Assembly: GCA_002633005.1 (NCBI GenBank)
Contig: NMRA01000012.1
Coordinates: forward strand, 1,705,837 to 1,769,836
Direction: 5' to 3'
DNA from: Phoronis australis
Taxonomy: Eukaryota > Animalia > Phoronida
DNA length: 64,000 bases
A program made the position numbers and the translations under genes. Position 1 is the first letter of the stretch, and the number at the start of each line of letters is the position of its first letter. The notes under the pieces are model-generated. The model worked only from the letters and a program-made list of their open reading frames with translations. It was not told the DNA's origin and ran no database searches. Shown here in pieces: positions 26,001-34,288 of the stretch.

Positions 26001-28387
26001 CTGATTACAAAATAGCACAGAAATCTGTAACTCGGTTACAAAATTTTTTTGTTTGCTTGATATTTTTGTTTCGGCATGAACTTCACTCACAACATCGTAC
26101 ATCTCGTGAAAAGCTTGAGATCTATTGTTTTGGGACAAAATCAGACGCAAGATGGCATTGAGACAGCTGTGTTTTAATAAATGCTTTGGGTACTGTAGCT
26201 CCAGTCCTTAAAGGAAACCTTCTGAAATTATGTACATTTAGATAAAACTACTCGAGGAATATCTGATGTGTGTCTTCGGTTTCTTGCTATGAGTCACTGT
26301 AGACAAATTCCTCAATGCATTTTTAAGTTATCATATAATTACATTAGTGTCATTACAAACCCGCATTTCCATCAAAGATTCAAATGACTTTCATTTAGAC
26401 TACTTACCATCAAAAAATTGATGAGAAGTGGATTCCTGGTTTTCAAAAATAAACAATTAGTCATAACGTGAGATCATAGTCAGTGCATAAAATGATCCAC
26501 ATTCCCCATCAGGCTGTGAATTAATTAAAACCCCGGATGTATTTTAAAGAAGCTTTCTTTTCACCTTGTCAAAAATACACTTTACCCTGCAGTGTGACAC
26601 TAGCTCATAATTTTGTCAGGGCTTCCAAATTCCGATGCCTGAATTTATAAATCAAACAAAATTAAGCCGGTACACTGCTGAATAATCTATCCCCTAGCAA
26701 TAATGTTGACCGGAGAGGCTGCCACTGTGCAAGCATAGTCAGATTCTGGACGATAGACTATGCCTCTGTTGCGAAACGTGCTTCTGGTGAATCATATGAG
26801 CCTCTGGTAGCCACTCGCTAACGGCCAATTGCCTATTAGCTGAGTGGTTAGCATGCTTGCCAGTTGCTGGTATATCGGGGTCGCTGGTTCAATTCCCAGG
26901 TTGGGTAATCTCGGCATTTACAACAATAGGTAACTTTCTGTATGGGCACGCTTTAGAGTAATGAGCACGAAAGTGACTTCCCATTGACCCCGATTTGGTA
27001 GACAGAAATTCAATTCCTACACAGTGGTTCATGAAAATAAAAGCAGAGGAATAAAGTCCACTGTCATCTCATTCCATTTGTTGTTTGGTTAGTTAAAGTT
27101 CACTATTTTATTTAAGCTTTTTGACACCTGCTGGAATCGAAATTCTCCCGCTTTATCAGTGACAGCCACGGGCTTTGTCGCAGATTCATCATAGTGGAAA
27201 ATGTACGGAACAGGATGTCCTTGTTCATCTCAGTTGGTACTTCAAATGGTCTGCTCTTTTTCGAAAAGCACTGGTACACCTCACTTTACAATAGTGGCGC
27301 TTCGTCTGCATGATAATAGCAGGAAAGGTTTTAAAATGCTGTTCAGACGAGTAGGTTGAAACCTCCCGTCTGGATTACATGTGATCTGTAGGTGGCGCTG
27401 AATGCCTGTCCACTAAAGACCTGATCGCCGTCTGGCAGATTAGTGAATTTCAATATGGCGCGGCTATTTCGAAAGTTAGCTGTTGGCGTAGTAGGCTCCT
27501 CGAACGGCACGTTTGGTGGCAGTCATCCTAGACCAGGAGTAGAGGACACTAATGTGAGACAATCATGTGTTCACTTGCAGGTGCCATGCTTATTCCATAG
27601 GAAAGGGGAAATGTTGTGATGAGAAACATGCTTACGGTGAAACATACTAGTATGGGTCTCTGTTAGACACTCTCTAATAGGAATTTGCCTATTAGCTGAA
27701 TGGTTAGCACGCTTGCCGATTTTAACAGGGTGGCTGATTTGATTCCAAGACCCAAGTCGGGTAATCTCGACAATCACCACACCTTCGTGGCTGAAGACAT
27801 CGGCCAAAGCGTCTTACTGCACAGCACTCAGTCGCATGTACCTATACTGGTTCACATGAGTTAGCTAGCAGCTCCAATGGCTGAAATGCTACAGCTTATT
27901 AGCCAGACAGATGAGCAGTCCACAAAGCCTAGGTCAGCTAGTTGGTGTAATTTTTGCCAGCAGTTTGTTTCCTCTGCCGCCTGGCTACAAAATTGGTAGA
28001 GAAAACACCACTTGTCTTGTGGAATAATGGCAGCGGCAGTTTTTGGGTGACTCAACCCACCAACAAAAGTGACAATTGTAACCCTTCACATGACTGTTTT
28101 TTGTTACCAGCAGCGAAAACGCTAGCATTCTCGCTAGTTTGTGAACGGGCTAACCTACAAAATCCACTTGCGCTGACTGTATGCATTGCCTACTATACAA
28201 TACAGTCAGACAGTGACTAGGTACACCAACAGGCACCGCGTGTATAGTAAGTAAAACTCACAATAAATAAGCCCTCGTGGAATCTAGTGAATGTTGGCCG
28301 ATCATCGATGACTCCGTGGTGTAGCAAAAAAAAAAGAAAGTTAGACACATGACTTACTAAAGCTCTGATTTCATCAGTCGTTGTCAT
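5045..28387 (-). CDS. ROGDI: Protein rogdi homolog (Rabconnectin-3/V-ATPase assembly factor), 11 coding exons, 261 aa
   Basis: Exons in transcript order: 28387-28358, 21624-21553, 20256-20220, 14026-13978, 12162-12105, 9080-8991, 8608-8513, 7924-7826, 7276-7145, 6252-6169, 5083-5045. All introns are GT-AG and phases are consistent. The joined protein contains QEYRWLLKEEVH, DKPWKLQQVQDAGNH and VECSVPWFNEVIILFTLALETCQQLKDKVSVFSQY, matching recalled human ROGDI motifs (EEFRWLLHDEVH, KQWKLQQIQDARNH, VECVIPWLND...LCQQLKDKISVFS). Confidence 0.93.
5685..5973. mobile_element. Foldback/MITE with long imperfect inverted arms and internal AAAACAG repeats
   Basis: AGGGTGTTTCATCAAAACAGGAGCCCTGGTGTAAAACAGAC versus right-end reverse complement AGGGCGTTCCATCGAAACAGGAACCCCGGTGTAAAACAGAT; pairing continues toward the centre. 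Confidence 0.8.
6169..6252 (-). CDS. ROGDI: ROGDI coding exon 10 (VECSVPWFNEVIILFTLALETCQQLKDK)
   Basis: gttccag| acceptor, AAG|gtacgt donor, 84 nt; the most diagnostic ROGDI motif. Confidence 0.95.
6340..6836. mobile_element. Degenerate MITE in ROGDI intron 9
   Basis: TTTGGCAACCTGGGAAAAATTCCAAGTCACCA near the left end matches reverse complement TTTGGCAAACAGGCAAAAATCCCACGTCGCCA near the right end. Confidence 0.5.
7145..7276 (-). CDS. ROGDI: ROGDI coding exon 9 (KNLSPALPQDYVVSFYIHAQKLVMALYHI...DRSQ)
   Basis: tttttccag| acceptor, |gtgagt donor, 132 nt. Confidence 0.92.
7826..7924 (-). CDS. ROGDI: ROGDI coding exon 8 (LVDSVMDSLHKGRTCLILPKKKSLDELFSNTNI)
   Basis: tatttcag| acceptor, |gtaagt donor, 99 nt. 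Confidence 0.92.
8513..8608 (-). CDS. ROGDI: ROGDI coding exon 7 (VQDAGNHLLSAMSKIESFDESYSFKSRNEVIF)
   Basis: gtaccag| acceptor, |gtgagt donor, 96 nt. Confidence 0.92.
8991..9080 (-). CDS. ROGDI: ROGDI coding exon 6 (DIQLKVHKDK...DKPWKLQQ)
   Basis: tttgtttcag| acceptor, CAG|gtgtgt donor, 90 nt. Confidence 0.92.
9317..10426 (+). mobile_element. Degenerate mariner (D34D) DNA transposon in ROGDI intron 5
   Basis: Transposase relic 9317-10358: start ATG>ATA, TGA at 9335, +1 frameshift at about 9445, stop at 10059. Motifs RSVPRMLT (WVPR-like), TQDETWVHHFDP, LL*NNTPAH and HPAYSPDLAPSDFYLF, with 34 residues between the second and third catalytic positions. The right TIR ends ...GAACTTACTGAACGACCCTCG followed by TA (10425-10426). 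No intact left TIR. Confidence 0.95.
12105..12162 (-). CDS. ROGDI: ROGDI coding exon 5 (GAQNIKCMVTLLGDNICEA)
   Basis: attttcag| acceptor, |gtaagt donor, 58 nt, phase 2->0; aligns to human VKGVLTLQGDALSQA. Confidence 0.92.
13610..13757. repeat. 45-bp minisatellite x about 3.3, built from three 15-bp sub-repeats
   Basis: Unit TGTGAATCAAGAGTT-GACTGAATCAAAATA-TGTGAACCAAGGAGA starting at 13610, 13655, 13700 and 13745. Confidence 0.9.
13978..14026 (-). CDS. ROGDI: ROGDI coding exon 4 (SNDLVKPERFLLSSN/N)
   Basis: catttcag| acceptor, |gtaagt donor, 49 nt, phase 1->2; aligns to human AKQENFILGS. Confidence 0.85.
19250..19360. repeat. 26-bp tandem repeat x about 4.3
   Basis: Unit GTGAACAAAGGTTTAGCCATGTAATT, near-identical copies. 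Confidence 0.95.
19824..20216. mobile_element. Harbinger-like MITE inserted in the ROGDI exon-3 splice donor
   Basis: TIRs AGTGTCGTTTACAC / AGTCCCGTTTAGAC (11/14). Subterminal inverted repeat CTGACACAGAGCAAATTGAC / CTGACACGGAGCAAACTGAC (18/20). 3-bp TSD TAC at 19821-19823 and 20217-20219. Confidence 0.75.
20220..20256 (-). CDS. ROGDI: ROGDI coding exon 3 (ECCRRFPVHTHS/G)
   Basis: ttttcag| acceptor, |gtaagt donor, 37 nt, phase 0->1. Confidence 0.88.
21154..21493. mobile_element. Related Harbinger-like MITE
   Basis: Ends TCCATCCACACAC / reverse complement TCCGTCCACACAC; shares internal CTGG(G/A)GCAAGGCGGAA and ATTAGTTGTT with the 19824 element. Confidence 0.55.
21553..21624 (-). CDS. ROGDI: ROGDI coding exon 2 (KQEYRWLLKEEVHHTLKEVLGLLL)
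   Basis: cttcag| acceptor, |gtaggt donor, 72 nt. Confidence 0.92.
23794..25970 (+). repeat. Two diverged direct copies (about 210 bp each) of a dispersed repeat at 23794-24004 and 25764-25970
   Basis: Shared blocks CCCGCATCA, ACGATAC.TACTGGACAC, CTTAAAAACATTTGGC, CTATATGTTGT and ACAGAGATAAGGAATTA. Confidence 0.75.
26767..27781 (+). mobile_element. Miniature LTR retrotransposon (TRIM) with tRNA-like LTRs (Helenus-like)
   Basis: LTR1 26767-26925 (TGTTG...TTACAACA) and LTR2 27612-27781 (TGTTGTGAT...ATCACCACA) align with each other. PBS TGGCGTAGTAGGC at 27484, PPT AGGAAAGGGGAAA at 27599-27611, flanks CCTC/CCTT. A-box in both LTRs; B-box intact in LTR1 and degenerate in LTR2. Confidence 0.75.
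26926..27483. mobile_element. Non-autonomous DNA element of about 560 bp with imperfect TIRs and a possible THAP-like relic, nested in the TRIM
   Basis: Left end ATAGGTAACTTTC versus right-end reverse complement ACAGCTAACTTTC. Frameshifted minus-strand peptide at 27311-27112. Confidence 0.55.
28358..28387 (-). CDS. ROGDI: ROGDI coding exon 1 (MTTTDEIRAL)
   Basis: ATG at 28387, donor TTA|GTAAGT, phase 0; resembles the N-terminus of human exon 1 (ERAVL). Confidence 0.75.
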
Positions 28388-31049
28388 CCTCTACTTTCCT
28401 TCTTCATGTTGTGTGTGGACAACTGACCCATTTCGTTGAGGTCACCCGTATGTATTGACGCAACTGACATCTACTGAGCAAAGGCAGTCTTCATCAATGA
28501 GATAAATATAGCTCACTGGTCTTCACAATGGCTTTCGTACCGAGGCAGGTGCAGCCAGAGCCAGGGTCATGGCGGGAGGGAGCCGATCCTAGAGTCTGAA
28601 AATCGATATATTTCTGTTCATCCAGGCATTTGAAAGTAGTCGGTGAGCAGGGAGCTCGATCCCTACCCCGGTGCCCTTATGCCCTGACGCTGTGGGGTTT
28701 TACCGCCTCAGCTCAACAAGCATTGGACCCATTCATTGGACTTCAAAAGACAGTAAATCACCGAGCCTACCGAAAACACGATTTCGAGGACATTAAATTT
28801 CTTCAAGCGTAATTAGTTAAAGTTCGTAATTACTCATGTAAGCTCGTGAATCAATTTAATTATCGGGTACAAATGTCTAGCATTAGAACTTTTTAAACTT
28901 TCCGCCCACCATCATGATGTAGGCCCATGTCAGGCCTCCACTGAGATTGCTTCGAACTGCGCCAATCCTATAACTTCTTGGAACAAAATGCCTTACCCAG
29001 TCTCGAGATTTCGTTCATCTACTTACGGCCTAAACTCCATACGTAATCGAAGTGTCTCCGTATGGGGAACGAATTGTCTGAATCAATCTGTTGCAATGAC
29101 CTGTCAAAATTAAATAGGCCTACATGGTCTCGACTTTTGTCGAGAGTGCCAGGACTATGTCCAGTGTGTCCTGTCTTTTGCTATATGTTGGCAATCATCA
29201 ATTAGAGTTTTGACTATGCTTATTTACATATATAGTTACTTAAATTCTGTATAGTCTATATTCTTCTATACCTGTCTAGCTGTGAAGTCTACCAAATGAC
29301 ATGCATCTGGAGAATTTCTCGCTTACACTGGTCACCCGACCGCTCAGATTCCCTTAGCCCCAGACAACTTTTATGATGCCTACTCAACACGCCCTTTGTA
29401 TTGATGTAGATCTGAGCTAATGAAGCGGAAAAGTAACAGCTAGCATCACTGTCTCAACAATGGTTGTTGTTAGAAACCCCTATTTGGTTTCCTCTGACAT
29501 TTGCAGAGTTACAGCTAGCCTGCAACTCTGGAGAGTAGTTTTAACTTGGTACATTATAAATATTACAAAATTACTAAAAAGGTTAACTTGTGTTTATCTT
29601 CACAAAGGGCCACTTCCCAAAGGAACGATATGTCATGTTCATATTGGTTTTCTTTATTTAATTTTTAATGCTTCTGCCCACTTGTTTTTTTTTTACCGGG
29701 AACTGGTTGATAACTTTTTATCTAAGTTTTAAATCTGAAGTACCAAGACAGTAGTAGATTTTGATCGCCAGCGAAACTTAATTAATTATGTTCATTAATT
29801 GTGATCACATCCCTGAACTTCCACATTACAGGTGCACTAAACATTTCATTAAAGTTTAATCTTCATTAGAACTCAAATCATAAAGTATATACAAAAGTGC
29901 AAATATGGTGATAACCAAGACTTGAATCTCTGGACAACATGATTTTGGTGGCACTGACTATATAACTATTCTAGCTCTGTGCAGTAATAAAAAACTTACA
30001 AGTGGGCACACAAGTTTCCTGGTCAAAAATCGGGTTAATCGAAATTGAAAGAATATTAAAAAAAATGAATCCATGTGATATTGTTAACTCTCATCAGCGT
30101 TTGTATATCCACCGAGTTCATCAATACGCGCAGTAGTTTATCTTCTATCGAATCAATGGTTGTAGTTTTTGGATTATTAATTCATCGATTTTTAAAAATC
30201 GAAAAGCGTACTTGGTTGGGTTTTTTTTCAGCTGAATGTCGCCGTGGTGTTAGTTTTTAACGAAAATTAGTGGTTAATACATTTTGAAAATTCGCCATCA
30301 GTGTACAGTCCGAGATGTTTAGAACAGTTTATGGTCGGGTCTTGCTCGTATCGGGCAATGCGGTCATCACAACTGTACCTGACTCCGTTGCCGCGCTCTC
30401 TTTGATCCTGGTAAAAGCCGCTCAGAAGGATGAGCGGTGAAAATTCCCGTATATCTTTAGAAATGTGTGACTTCCTTGTACTTCCGTGTAGGCGTAGTTT
30501 TCACGGTATGGTATATTTATCGGTACAGCACTCCTGTGCTGTTTTCTTTTCGCTGTCAGATATCTCACCCACACTGGATTTAAAATAAGTGTTTTACTTC
30601 CTTCCTTACTTATTTAATTAATTAATTTACATTTCGAAATACCAGCGTAATTTTGTGGTGCCATGATCAATTTACAGTCGTCATTGCGAAAATAAGAATT
30701 ATGGGCGTTCTTTTTCCCAAGGCCTCTGGGCGGCCGGCTATTGCCTGGGGTGTGTGCCCAGGCACGTACCCCCAATAAATTACAGGTCTCAGGATCAGGC
30801 GCAGGGCGGGGGCAAGGGGCAGTCGAAGTAGAAAAAGCATTACGACAGAATGTCGAAGAAATTTATAAAAAAACATTTGTCAACTACCCCGGTTGACAGC
30901 TGGATTTAATCTTTGCGGGGGGTCTGGTCACGGTCAGGGTGCCCATGGAGTATAGAACGTCTAGATGCCCTTGACTTTGAAGCGTGGTCTTAATCATACA
31001 TACTAAGAAAAGAATTGAGTTTATTGCAGACACTGCATTTCTGCAGGGG

Positions 31050-31128
31050 CATGGTCGGCGCACCATATAGGGGACTGGCGGCCCTATAGCCCACCCCCGG
31101 CACTCTTTTCAGAGCTGTGCCGCCCATG
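31050..31128. mobile_element. Tiny (79 bp) CATGG-ended element, copy 1
   Basis: CATGGTCGGCGCACCATA...GTGCCGCCCATG; flanks AGGGG/AGGGA; aligns to the reverse complement of 32137-32209. Confidence 0.55.
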
Positions 31129-32136
31129 AGGGATCCCTCTGTTTAGTTATAGGAATAATACAGTCATCTGTTGCTCTCTTTCTTCATTCGTTTTTCTTTT
31201 TCTTTGAAATTGTATACCACTTCATATAATCTCACGCCGGATGTACAGTAGGGGGCCAGATGAGCATCAACTATTGTTCATTTCCTGTTTTTTGAAATTA
31301 TATCACATTCTTTCATATTTATAGGGACCCCACAACTTAAAAGTGGCCTGTTGAACAGTTGGCAAAGACAATGATTTTGCTGTTTTATCCTTTCTTCTGA
31401 ATGGGCATCGTACGCACGAAGTGCTCAATTAAGTATTGTGCGTTTCCGTTGTGCCGTTGATAATAGAGCCCGCCATCAAGTTTCACAATGACGTCAACCA
31501 CTGCATAACAATTGAAAAGCACAAGTAGACATTAGTAGTTGTGACTTAATTCAATTTTGAATTGATCAATTTGAGAAGACAGATCTGGTCTCAGGTGATT
31601 CCCATCAGCTAAGCTTATAGAACAGTTCTAACCATCGCCATCGAACAAAATGCAGCGAGGTAATCGTGATTTGGAAATTAGCAGGCTTTTGAGAAGGCTA
31701 AACTATGCATTCTTGCGTGACGCTGTTTGAGCTAAAATAGCTAAAAAAACGAAGTCGTCGACCTCTTAATAAACTTTTCTTCTTAGTTCATAACATGGGC
31801 TTTAGGTAGGGTACAAGTGTAGGCGCTGTTGTCTTCTGCCGATTAGTTCGCGATGACCTCCAAAGTGTACCAAATTGCGTTCAGGCTGTGCTTGCGTTAT
31901 GTACCACGTTCTTCTTATCCATAAATAATAAGCGATGTAGGTTTTCTAAATAAGAATATTTTTATAGTGTCAATAGTCTGAACATTTGTATGGATAAAAT
32001 GTAAACAAGTAATAACGGTAAATTGGAGCTGGTTCCTTGTCACTATTGCCATATCATTTCATGTATGAGCAGATGCTGACATAGTCAGTTGACAGAAGGC
32101 AACACTCCCCAAAATATCATTACACCCTCTTTAATG

Positions 32137-32209
32137 CATGGGCAGCGCAGCACTGAAATAAGGGGGCGCACCATAGGGGGCTATAGCCCCCTATGGTGCG
32201 CCACCCATG
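32137..32209. mobile_element. Tiny (73 bp) CATGG-ended element, copy 2, with a 38-bp perfect palindrome
   Basis: CATGGGCAGCGC...GCGCCACCCATG; 5-bp direct flanks TAATG/TAATG; palindrome at 32165-32202. Confidence 0.6.
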
Positions 32210-33274
32210 TAATGTGGCAGTATTTACTATACTGTACTGCGCGTCAGCAAGGACATTTGTCTCACAGTTGCATACTGTTGCAGCGCTAAATATTATTATA
32301 CAATGCAGTCCGTAGCCAACATTGAGCGGGTGTGGTTCGAATTTCTACAACGGTATATTTTTGATATTTTGCAAACGTCGCTACTGTTCAAGTTTTCGGT
32401 AAGACCTTTGACGCAGCTTAATTAGGGGGAAGGAAAATCTCATTATACACGACGATGACTCTCAGCTCTATGTTCCTTAGATGAGACAGAACTTGTAATA
32501 CCAGACGAGGATTCTGTAACGGTAGCGCTCGTAAAAAACGGGACACAAATTCGGATATAATGTGGTCCAGCAAGAGAACGTTCTCGCGTTACCTCCTGCC
32601 AAAATTTCAAATCAGGCATGCTTAAATGCGCGATTACGCCATATACTCGGGGCGGAAATATGAAGTTAAGTCGGAGAATGACTTGACGAAATTGTGTATA
32701 GTGCTTGTATTTTTGAGCGTTACTAAAGTTTCTTACACCGCTGGAAATAGGAACAGCCCACTAAGATTCACTTCTCTGAAGGTTCACTGCTCAGAAAATA
32801 TTTAAACTTTCGGACTCGGGTGAAATTTTAATACTTTTACATGCAAAAATAAACGATACTTAGGTTATTAAATGCACCTATCTTGAAAAAAAACGCCCGA
32901 GTACTGAAACACTGTTTGGAATTCATGTACGTAGACAGTGACCACCGTCTAGATGGCCAGGTACAACCAGGAGACGGTGGTTACCGACTGGCTAATGTGC
33001 ACGTGAAATTGCCCGCATGTCTTAACACGGAAAAATGGGGCGCATTTGCATTTTTACTATAAAATACGAATGTTAATGAATTATCAACCACGACATATTC
33101 ATCAAATGCATGTCAACATCTCATTGCAGCGCGACTGAAAAGTTTGGGGCCGCTGTGCCTCAACCTCACCCTAGGAACCACGCACATGACCGGGCCGAAA
33201 CTAAAAGTAGATAATGGGCCACCCTGTCCCTGCCAGTCTTCACGAAGTCAGTCTTCTTAAATTTAAAACCGCCG

Positions 33275-33417
33275 NNNNNNNNNNNNNNNNNNNNNNNNNN
33301 NNNNNNNNNNNNNNNNNNNNNNNNNNNNNNNNNNNNNNNNNNNNNNNNNNNNNNNNNNNNNNNNNNNNNNNNNNNNNNNNNNNNNNNNNNNNNNNNNNNN
33401 NNNNNNNNNNNNNNNNN
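33275..33417. other. Assembly gap (N run)
   Basis: Run of n characters. Confidence 0.99.
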
Positions 33418-34171
33418 CCCCCTCCCTTACGGTATCCTAGATCCGCCACTGCCCGGACCCCCGAGCTGTTGTCCCTGGCATGCTTGAAAAGGGTTGGGAG
33501 CAGACAATCAGAGTAGTGAACTGTGGAGTTCTGGATTTCTAAATTAGGGAAATTCGGAGTAGTTAATTTTCGAAGGCAGTATCGAACCTTCGGAGTAGTG
33601 GACCTTGACGGAGTAGTGAACCTTCGGAACAGTGACGTATAACCTTGGAAATGTTTCCCATAATGTTTGTTGCTAGTATAAGTCTGCGGCTGCGGGGTTC
33701 GTTGTGCAACATTGACACTGATTGACAAGAGAAGACTTTCTTCGTTGACGAAAGTTGAGGTCTAGACCTACTTTTCCCTAACAAAATGAGTAGTTTTTGA
33801 GCACGACGGAGGACTGTGAACTTACAGTCAGCATGTACTGAATTTAAAAGAAACGCACACACGTGATGTACACGGATGAGTCAATCCACCAATCCGGTCA
33901 CAACCAAAGTGGACAATGGATGAACAATATAATTATTTGCATATTCGACGATCACTTTCAATTCAAAATTTGAAAATGCCTGCACTTAACCGTGCCATGC
34001 TAGCAATTAAACCAAATTAACAGGAGCCACCACGTGCGTTCAATGCTGATAAATAACATAAAGCCTCCTCTTATCGTCTGCTTGATCCTGTCCTCTACAC
34101 AAACACCACTCGGGCAAAGTTGGCCGGGTACGGCCCGACACCACATGACTAAGCGCTTTGAATCAGAGATT

Positions 34172-34288
34172 AAAAAATGGACGATCGCCGCACGCAAATA
34201 AAAAGTTCATGTTCAATCATCGTTTCGTCCATTCATTGGACATCATCAGGATAATTATTTACAAAGGACAGCAAGTGCCAAAATACAG
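34172..34288 (-). repeat. Dispersed repeat carrying a degenerate minimal hammerhead motif (copy B)
   Basis: Minus strand reads ATC-CTGATGA-T-GTCCA(ATGAA)TGGAC-GAAAC-GAT-GAT. Confidence 0.6.

Noticed and set aside
26831-26906. Functional tRNA gene
   Set aside because: A and B boxes are present, but the acceptor and anticodon stems do not pair properly and the sequence is embedded in an LTR-like repeat.
27787-27817. Hammerhead-like GTGG-CTGAAGA-CATCGG-CCAAAGCGTC-TTAC just after LTR2, suggesting a tRNA-plus-ribozyme retroposon
   Set aside because: It lacks the G of GAAA and a real stem II, and lies outside the TSD-bounded element; the LTR-PBS-PPT model explains the locus better.
31050-32209. 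Single 1.16-kb transposon using the two CATGG elements as TIRs
   Set aside because: The outer flanks do not match, whereas each small element has its own flanking duplication.
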